Under the pieces are notes generated by a model. It saw only the letters and a list, made by a program, of their open reading frames with translations. It was not told the DNA's origin and did no database searches. The position numbers were made by a program, and so were the translations under genes. A DNA stretch of 64,000 nt from Vicinamibacteraceae bacterium (GTDB taxonomy: Bacteria > Acidobacteriota > Vicinamibacteria > Vicinamibacterales > Vicinamibacteraceae), in NCBI GenBank assembly GCA_039916225.1, contig JBDSLU010000366.1, positions 1,115-65,114 on the forward strand. The letters are read 5' to 3'. Within the stretch, counting starts at the first letter, position 1; each line of letters opens with the position of its first letter. Shown in pieces: positions 10,147 to 17,037 of this stretch.

Positions 10147-12789
10147 ATGCCCCGTCTCTGGCTTGGATCTGCGGCCGCCGTGGTGCTCACGGCCGCGCTG
10201 CTGTCCGTCACCCCATCCGCCCAGGTCCGCCCCGTCTACAGTCGCGGCGTCGCCGGCCTCGTGCAAGCTGTCGAAAGGTTGCGGACCACGGCCAGTGCCA
10301 TGCACACCGCGGCGCATCCTGACGACGAGGACACGGCGCTCATCGCCCGCCTCGCTCGTGGCGACCATGCGCGCGTCGCCTACCTGTCGCTCAACCGCGG
10401 CGAGGGTGGCCAGAACATCATCGGCACCGAGTTGTTCGACGCGCTGGGCGTGATTCGGACGGAAGAGTTGCTCCAGGCACGCACCCTCGACGGCGGCGAC
10501 CAGTTCTTCACGCGCGCCTACGACTTCGGCTTCACCAAGACGATGGCCGAAGCCGGTGAGAAGTGGAACGAGACAGTCGTCCTCGGCGACATGGTCCGGG
10601 CCATCCGCCGCTACCGGCCGCTGGTGATCCTGAACGGGTGGAGCGGCACGCCCTCCGACGGCCATGGCCAGCACCAGTTGGCCGGCAAGCTGGCGCCGCT
10701 GGCGTTCGCGGCGGCGGCCGATCCGGCCAAGTATCCCGAGCAGATCGCCGAGGGCCTTCGCCCGTGGCAGGCCCGCAAGCTCTACGTCCGGCACGGCTTC
10801 GGGGCCGATCCGGCGAGTGCCACGCTCAGGCTGCCGACCGGGATCGTCGATCCGCTGCTCGGCCGCAGCTTCAACGAGATCGCGATGGAGGGCCGCAGCC
10901 AGCACAAGTCGCAGGAGATGGGCGTCGTCGAAGCCCGCGGGGTGAAGACCTCCAACCTGCGCCTGGTCGCCAACCTGACCACGACGCCGATCGCCGACGA
11001 GCGCACCGTGTTCGACGGGCTCGATACCTCGCTGACCGGTCTCGCTGCGCTAGCCGGTCTGCCGGCCGGGGCGCTGGCGGCCGAGCTGAAGGCGATGGAC
11101 ACGGCCGCCGCCCAGGCGCTCGCCAGCGCCGACATCGTGCGCGCTCCGGAGAAGCTGGTGCCGGTGTTGGTCCGCGGTCTGACGGCAGCCCGGGCCGCCC
11201 GCACGGCCGCGGCCGGCCTGTCGGCCCCGGCTGGCGCCAAGGCCGAGGCCGAGTACCTGCTGGCCATCAAGGTGGCCCAGTTCGAGGACGCCGTGGTGCG
11301 AGCGTCCGGCATCGTCGTGGACGCGCTCGCCGATCGCGAGATCGCCTCGGCCGGGGACGCCGTGCGGGTCAACGTCAACCTGTTCCAGGCGGATGGGGCA
11401 CCGGTCACAGCCGGCCCGAGCGCGCTCGTCGTGCCGGCCGGCTGGTCGGCCAAGCCGGCGCCGCCGTCGACCGAAGGCGCCGGCACCACGTTCGCCCGCT
11501 TCTTCCGCGAGGAGCCGACCCGCGCCGAGCCGTGGGACGTGACGATCGCTGCGGACGCGCCGCCCACCGAACCCTACTGGCTGCGGACGCCGCGGACCGG
11601 CCCGGTATTCACCTGGACCGGCGTGCCGACGGCGCTGCAGACCCGTCCGTTCGATCCGCCGCTGCTCGTGGCCCGCGTGCCGCTGACCATCGGCGGCACC
11701 GAGATCACCGTCGAGCGGCCGGTGGTGTACCGCTACGCCGACGCGGTGCGCGGCGAGATCCGCCGCGAGGTCCAGATCGTGCCGGCCGTCACCGTCGCCT
11801 TCGACGAGCCGCTGGCCATCGTCCCGGCCGGCGCCGCGGCGCAGCCGCGCAACATCCGCGTCCGCGTGCGCAGCGAGACGCTGCCATCCGGTCCGGGCGT
11901 GGTCCGCGTGGTGCCGCCGGCCGGCTGGCAGGTGACGCCGGCGGGCGCGCCGATCGTCTTCGCCTCGCGCGGGGAGGGCATCTCGGTACCCTTCGTGGTG
12001 ACCCCGCCCTCCGGAGTCGCGCCTGGCGCCTACACGCTGACCGCGCAGGTCGCCATCGCCGGCCGCACCTTCGACACGTCGATGCAGGCCATCGACTACC
12101 CGCACATCCAGAAGCACCGGCTCTATGCACCGGCGCAGATGACCACACGCGTGCTCGACCTCGCGGTGGCGCCGGTCACGGTCGGCTACGTCATGGGCGG
12201 CGGCGATCGCGTGCCCGAAGCGATCCGCCGGCTCGGGCTCGGCGTGACGCTGCTGACCGACGACGATCTCGCGTCTGGCGATCTCTCGCGTTATGGGACG
12301 ATCGTGGTTGGCGTGCGGGCCTCCGAGAGCCGGCCGGCGTTCGTCGCCGCCAACGCCCGGCTGCTGCAGTTCGTCCGCGACGGCGGCACGCTGATCGTCC
12401 AGTACCAGCAGACCGATTACACCGGCCGCAGCCTGTCGCCGTTCCCGGCCGGCGGCAACGTCCGCGTCACCGACGAGCGGGCGCCAGTCACGATCCTCGA
12501 GCCGACGCACCCGGCGTTCACCACGCCGAATCGCATCACCGGCGCCGACTGGGACGACTGGGTCCAGGAGCGCGATCTCTACGCCTGGGCGACGTTCGAT
12601 CCGCAGTACACGCCGCTGCTCGCAACCGGCGATCCGGGCGAGCCGCTGCAGCGCGGCGGAGAACTCTACGCGCGCATCGGCAAGGGCCACTACGTCTACA
12701 CGTCGTACGCGTGGTTCCGGCAGCTGCCGGCCGGCGTTCCGGGCGCCTACCGGATGTTCGCCAACCTGCTCAGCCTGGGGCGGAAGTAG
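10147..12789 (+). CDS. PIG-L/LmbE family deacetylase fused to a large C-terminal region with a class-I glutamine-amidotransferase-like end
   Basis: AHPDDED zinc motif near the N-terminus and a signal peptide. C-terminal GTLIVQYQQ ... GKGHYVYTSYAWFRQLP ... FANLL motif. 880 aa. Confidence 0.8.
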   Translation: MPRLWLGSAAAVVLTAALLSVTPSAQVRPVYSRGVAGLVQAVERLRTTASAMHTAAHPDDEDTALIARLARGDHARVAYLSLNRGEGGQNIIGTELFDALGVIRTEELLQARTLDGGDQFFTRAYDFGFTKTMAEAGEKWNETVVLGDMVRAIRRYRPLVILNGWSGTPSDGHGQHQLAGKLAPLAFAAAADPAKYPEQIAEGLRPWQARKLYVRHGFGADPASATLRLPTGIVDPLLGRSFNEIAMEGRSQHKSQEMGVVEARGVKTSNLRLVANLTTTPIADERTVFDGLDTSLTGLAALAGLPAGALAAELKAMDTAAAQALASADIVRAPEKLVPVLVRGLTAARAARTAAAGLSAPAGAKAEAEYLLAIKVAQFEDAVVRASGIVVDALADREIASAGDAVRVNVNLFQADGAPVTAGPSALVVPAGWSAKPAPPSTEGAGTTFARFFREEPTRAEPWDVTIAADAPPTEPYWLRTPRTGPVFTWTGVPTALQTRPFDPPLLVARVPLTIGGTEITVERPVVYRYADAVRGEIRREVQIVPAVTVAFDEPLAIVPAGAAAQPRNIRVRVRSETLPSGPGVVRVVPPAGWQVTPAGAPIVFASRGEGISVPFVVTPPSGVAPGAYTLTAQVAIAGRTFDTSMQAIDYPHIQKHRLYAPAQMTTRVLDLAVAPVTVGYVMGGGDRVPEAIRRLGLGVTLLTDDDLASGDLSRYGTIVVGVRASESRPAFVAANARLLQFVRDGGTLIVQYQQTDYTGRSLSPFPAGGNVRVTDERAPVTILEPTHPAFTTPNRITGADWDDWVQERDLYAWATFDPQYTPLLATGDPGEPLQRGGELYARIGKGHYVYTSYAWFRQLPAGVPGAYRMFANLLSLGRK

Positions 12790-12811
12790 CGGGTGCTAGA
12801 GTCGATCCAAG

Positions 12812-13054
12812 ATGAGCGGCGCGATGGAGATCTTCCCTGGTATTTCCATGAATCCGGACGTCCGGTTCGGCAAGCCCTGCGTCGCCGGCACCCGGATCGA
12901 TGTTGCGACTGTGGTGGGCTTGATGGCGGCGGGCGAGACTGTTGAGACGGTCGCCAGCGAGTACCAGTTGTCGATCGAACAGGTCCGCGCAGCGCTCGCG
13001 TACGCCGCCCACGTTGCCGCCCACCTGCCGCCAGCCGTGCGTCAGGCGTCTTGA
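12812..13054 (+). CDS. DUF433 domain protein (antitoxin-like)
   Basis: 80 aa. NPDVRFGKPCVAGTRI.V..VV core typical of DUF433. Confidence 0.8.
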   Translation: MSGAMEIFPGISMNPDVRFGKPCVAGTRIDVATVVGLMAAGETVETVASEYQLSIEQVRAALAYAAHVAAHLPPAVRQAS

Positions 13055-13365
13055 GGATCCTTCTCGACGAGAACTTCCCCCTTGCCCTTTACCGCACCCT
13101 CAAAGCGGCGGGCGAGGAGGTTGCTCACGTCATCACGCTTGGCTGGCGTGGTGCACCGGATCAGCAGATCCGGGAACGGCTATTCGACAAAGATGTCCTG
13201 TTCCTGACGCAGGACGAGGACTTTCTGTTCGAGGAGCCAACCGAGGCGATCGTCGTGCTCTCCCGCGTCCGGCAGTCGCGACCACTCGCCGAACGCATCG
13301 ATGTTTGGCACGGGCGATCCTCGAACTCCTTTCCAAGAGACGCACTGAGCTCCGCTTCGAGTTGA
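13051..13365 (+). CDS. DUF5615 family PIN-like protein (toxin-like)
   Basis: The TTG start overlaps the DUF433 stop (TTGA). N-terminal RILLDENFP motif. 104 aa. Confidence 0.7.
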   Translation: MRILLDENFPLALYRTLKAAGEEVAHVITLGWRGAPDQQIRERLFDKDVLFLTQDEDFLFEEPTEAIVVLSRVRQSRPLAERIDVWHGRSSNSFPRDALSSASS

Positions 13366-13471
13366 TGGACGACGGCGCCTTGGGAGCAGGGCCTGGCGGC
13401 GCCTGGAAGGCGAAATTGCCGCCTCCTCGAGAGGGCGGCCCCGAGGCACCATAGGGCGACGCCGCCCCCGC

Positions 13472-15211
13472 TCAGCCGAGACGCAGCCGGGCGCGGATCA
13501 CGTGCATGCGGTCGTCGTTGCGCAGGCAGGCGAAGCGCGGATCGACGCCGACCGCGTCCAGCCACGGATCGCCGCTGACGCAGGCGCGCTGGAGCTGCGC
13601 GAACGCCGCCTCGTAGTCGCCGAGCGACGTGTGCAGCGTGGCGAGATGATACGGCGAGACCACGCCGTCCTTGCTGGCGCGCTCGAGTCGCCGGGCCAGG
13701 GCGCGCGCCTTGTCGGTGTTGCCGACCGCAGCCAGGGCGTAGCCCTTGACGGCGAGCGTCGCCGACGACAGCGTCCGTTCCGGTGTCGCGTCGAACGCGG
13801 CGACGGCTTCCTCGCCGCGTCCGAGCTGGACAAGTACCGCGGCGGTCGAGCGAATCGCGCGATCCGCCTCGGGCTCCATGGCCAGGGCGTGGCGGCAGCG
13901 GGCCAGGGCGCCCTCGAAATCGCCGGCCAGGTAGCGGATGTCGGCAGCCGACATCTGCATCACGATGCACAGGGGATCGAGACTGAAGGCCTGATCAGCC
14001 GACCGGAGCGCTTCGGCGCCGAGGCGGCGGACGCCCAGGAACCAGGCGTAGTAGCGGAGCGCGGCGACGGAGCTGGGGTTCAGCTCAAGCACCTTCTCGT
14101 AGGCGGCGCGGGCGCCGGCCGGATCGTGGTCCAGCACGCGCCGCGCTTCGCCGACCACGACCAGCGCGTCGCCGTCGTCCGGGTCGATGGCGAGCGATTG
14201 GTTTGCCGCCTCGCGCGCGGTGTGCAGCGCCTCGCGGCCGTCCATCACGTAGTGCTCCGCCATCGACAGGTAGGCGCGCGCCCGGGAGGAATGGGCGCGG
14301 CCGAAGCCGGCGTCGATGGCGAGCGCCTGATCGAAGTAGCTGACGGCGGTGCGCAGGCCGACCGAGCCGGGCCGGTTCCAGTGGAAGCGTCCCGTCAGGT
14401 AGGCCTCGTGCGCGCCGGGAACCCGCGTCGGCGCCGGCGCTGGCGGCGGCGGAAACAGTTCCCGGGTCAGCGCGACGGCGATCTCTGCAGCGACGTCGGC
14501 CTGCACGGCGAGGCAGTTGGTGTAGGGCCGGTCGTAGCTGTGCGCCCAGAGGTGCGTCTCGCCGCGCGTCTCGATCAACTGGGCGGTGATCCGCACGCAA
14601 TCGCCGCCGACGCGCACGCTGCCTTCGACCAGGTAGTCGACGCGCAGCGCCTCGCCGATGTCGGCGGCGCCGCGCCGGACGTCCTTGTAGAGCATCGCCG
14701 ACGTGCGGGCCAGGACGCCGACGCGGTCGGCGCAGCGGTGCCCGAGCTGCGCGATCATCTCCTCGGTGAAGCCGTCGATGAAGTAGTCGTGCGAGGAATC
14801 GCCGGTCAGGTTCGTGAACGGCAGCACCACCAGGCGCGGCCGCGGGGCCGGGGCCGGTTGGCGGGGTCGCGTGTCGCTGCCCTCGAGCGTGCCGATGAAG
14901 CGGTAGCCGACGCGGGGCAATGTCTCGACGAAGCGCGGTTGCATCGCGTCGTCGCCGAGCACGGCCCGCAGCCGTTTCACCACCGCGTTGACGCTGTGCT
15001 CGAAGTCGACCGACGTCCCGTCCGGCCACAGCCGTTGTCGAATGTCCTCGCGCGTCACGACGTCGCCCGGGCGACCGAGCATCAGCGCCAGCAGCTGGAA
15101 CGGTTGCTCCTGCAGGCGCACGGCGTCGGCGCCGCGCCGGACCTCGCGCAACCGCATGTCGACCTCGACGCCGCCGAACTGCACGACCGGGCTGGGAACT
15201 TCGTGGCTCAC
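13472..15211 (-). CDS. winged-helix (OmpR/CadC-type) DNA-binding protein with TolB-N-like and TPR domains
   Basis: N-terminal L..QPFQLL..L......VVTREDI...LWP........HSVNAVVKRLR..L........ET.PRVGYRF motif. The C-terminal half shows repeated TPR-like A..Y..AL..DP units. Confidence 0.8.
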   Translation of the reverse strand: MSHEVPSPVVQFGGVEVDMRLREVRRGADAVRLQEQPFQLLALMLGRPGDVVTREDIRQRLWPDGTSVDFEHSVNAVVKRLRAVLGDDAMQPRFVETLPRVGYRFIGTLEGSDTRPRQPAPAPRPRLVVLPFTNLTGDSSHDYFIDGFTEEMIAQLGHRCADRVGVLARTSAMLYKDVRRGAADIGEALRVDYLVEGSVRVGGDCVRITAQLIETRGETHLWAHSYDRPYTNCLAVQADVAAEIAVALTRELFPPPPAPAPTRVPGAHEAYLTGRFHWNRPGSVGLRTAVSYFDQALAIDAGFGRAHSSRARAYLSMAEHYVMDGREALHTAREAANQSLAIDPDDGDALVVVGEARRVLDHDPAGARAAYEKVLELNPSSVAALRYYAWFLGVRRLGAEALRSADQAFSLDPLCIVMQMSAADIRYLAGDFEGALARCRHALAMEPEADRAIRSTAAVLVQLGRGEEAVAAFDATPERTLSSATLAVKGYALAAVGNTDKARALARRLERASKDGVVSPYHLATLHTSLGDYEAAFAQLQRACVSGDPWLDAVGVDPRFACLRNDDRMHVIRARLRLG

Positions 15212-15348
15212 GTCACCTCCTAGTGTGGCCGAGGCGACGGCCGGTGACCAGAGGGGTCAGCGTCATGTGGCCCCGAAGTCGCCACGTTTCACCTCCGTGT
15301 CACCTCGGTAGCATTGAGGCACCCGGCGCCGGCCCCCACTGTGGGTGC

Positions 15349-15900
15349 ATGTCGATGCTGGCTGCCGCACTCGCCGTCACAATCCGGGTCTACGACATCT
15401 ACGGGCTGCCGCCGGAGACGCGTGCCGAGGCCCTGGCCGTGGCGGCCGACACCCTCGAACGCGCCGGCATCCAGGCGGCCATCGTCGACTGCAACGCCCG
15501 GGCCGCGGCCTCGGCGTGCAAGGTCGGCCTCGGCGCCGACGAGCTGATCCTGCGCATCCACCGCCACCCGAAGGACGGCGCGCACGTCCTGGGCGACGCC
15601 ATCGTCCGCGAGTCGGGACTGAGCACGATCGCCACGGTCTACGCCGCGGCGATCGCGGAGCGGGCGCGTCGCACGGGCGGCAGCCTGGCCACCTTCGTCG
15701 GCCGGGTCGCGGCGCACGAGATTGGCCACCTCCTGCTCGGGAGCAACAGCCACGCGTCGCATGGCCTGATGCGGCCGGCGTGGGACGTGGCCCGGCTCGA
15801 TCGCGGTGACTGGGACTTCACCGTCGAGGACGCGGCCGCGATCCGCTCACGCCTGAAGCAACGGGACGCCAAGGCGCTGCTCGCGCGCGCCATCCCGTAG
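15349..15900 (+). CDS. small putative zinc metalloprotease ([13 protein letters not shown]...GLM)
   Basis: The HExxH motif has an unusual HExxHxxxGxxxH spacing followed by a Met (GLM). The ATG at 15349 is preferred over the ORF-track start at 15223, which adds an Arg/Pro-rich extension. Confidence 0.65.
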   Translation: MSMLAAALAVTIRVYDIYGLPPETRAEALAVAADTLERAGIQAAIVDCNARAAASACKVGLGADELILRIHRHPKDGAHVLGDAIVRESGLSTIATVYAAAIAERARRTGGSLATFVGRVAAHEIGHLLLGSNSHASHGLMRPAWDVARLDRGDWDFTVEDAAAIRSRLKQRDAKALLARAIP

Positions 15901-15936
15901 CGAGTCGCATCCGCGTGAGCGCGTCGCTGCCGCTCG

Positions 15937-16167
15937 GTGAAGACTGGCCTGCCGGTCGCGCTGATCCTGGGCCGCGTCACCGCGCACGAGATCGGCCATC
16001 TGCTGCTCGGCACGAACTCGCACGCGCCGACCGGCCTGATGCAGGCGACGTGGGACCTGAAGCGGCGGCACCCGTCGGACTGGCAGTTCACCAGTGCCAA
16101 CGCCGCCAAGATGCGCAGCCGCGGGTTTACCCGCACCGAGGCCTTACTGCCTACGGCCGAAGAGTGA
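15937..16167 (+). pseudogene. truncated paralog of the upstream HExxH protein (C-terminal half only)
   Basis: [33 protein letters not shown] aligns with [32 protein letters not shown]. The ~110 N-terminal residues are missing. Confidence 0.5.
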
Positions 16168-16228
16168 GGGCGTTGAACAGGAACGTGAACGTCACGTGCG
16201 GCTGGGGCACGCAGCAGCACGATGGGCC
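16151..16228 (-). pseudogene. relic of an M14-peptidase-like 3-prime end, in frame just after the PP2C stop
   Basis: Translates to ..VPQPHVTFTFLFNALTLRP*, compared with the real M14 C-terminus AQPHGTFKFLFNALRK*. Nucleotide match is 35/37 between 16170-16206 and 17051-17087. Confidence 0.5.
16170..16206. repeat. 37-bp direct repeat, copy B (pairs with 17051-17087)
   Basis: GCGTTGAACAGGAACGTGAACGTCACGTGCGGCTGGG. Two mismatches to copy A. Confidence 0.85.
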
Positions 16229-16864
16229 TCAAGTGGTCGCCGGGGCGGCCATCGAGACGATGCGCATCGCAACAACCGTCATGTCGTCGGCGCGCCCCTT
16301 CGCGCCCGCCATGTCGAGCAGCGCCCCCGGCACATCGGATAGATGACGCGTGGTCAGGCCCATGACCAGACGCTGAATCGCGGGCGGCTGAAGAGGCGTC
16401 CAGGCGCCGTCCGACATCAGCAGCACCACGTCGCGCGCTGCCAGGCGCTCGTGGATTGGCAGCGGCTCCGCTTCGCCGCTTCCCAGGCGGCGGCTGGTCC
16501 GTTCGGTGAGAATGCGGCAGCCGCGCTCGTTGACGAGATAGGCGCGGGAATCGCCACTCCAGGCGCCCACGAGGCGTCCGTCCATCGCCGCCACGCCGAC
16601 GAAGGTCGTCTGCACCCCGCCGGTCATCGACGCGTCCACTGATTTCAGCCAGCGCGTCCACGCGGGGAAGCGATCGACCTCGAGCGTTCCTGACTGCACC
16701 ATCTCCCCGAACAGCCGGACGGTGCGCCCCCCGCACAACTGGGCGTGACCGGCGCCATCACAGAGCGCGGCCACGCGCCCGTCCTGACGCGAGATCCAGA
16801 AGGCGTCCTCGTTGGTCGTGCCGCCGTCCCGCATGCGCGACCCGGCGTAGCACTCGACCTGCAT
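16229..16864 (-). CDS. PP2C-family protein serine/threonine phosphatase
   Basis: TNEDAF, LCDGAGH, WSGDSRAYL, LLMSDGAW and ADDMTVVAM motifs appear in the canonical order. Only the last 211 codons of the 560-aa ORF 16229..17911 are credible. Confidence 0.75.
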   Translation of the reverse strand: MQVECYAGSRMRDGGTTNEDAFWISRQDGRVAALCDGAGHAQLCGGRTVRLFGEMVQSGTLEVDRFPAWTRWLKSVDASMTGGVQTTFVGVAAMDGRLVGAWSGDSRAYLVNERGCRILTERTSRRLGSGEAEPLPIHERLAARDVVLLMSDGAWTPLQPPAIQRLVMGLTTRHLSDVPGALLDMAGAKGRADDMTVVAMRIVSMAAPATT

Positions 16865-17037
16865 GGGAGGATTATCGGCGAGTCGGCCCCCAGGATCGGG
16901 CCGACCGCACCGTCGCTGCCCCGCATGGTGCGAAAGGGTGCAGGTGAAACCACTCGCGGACAGCTCGCCCCCAGAACCACATCCAGATCGACGCTGAGCC
17001 CGAAGTAGTAGATGCAGTCGCTGGGGCCCATACCGGT

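Noticed and set aside
13300-13454. A possible frameshift in the DUF5615 gene. The +1 frame after ..ERIDVWHG reads ARAILELLSKRRTELRFELMDDGALG, which looks more protein-like than the annotated tail.
   Set aside because: This cannot be judged without aligning homologs. The annotated 104-aa product is within the normal size range. It is flagged only as a caveat.
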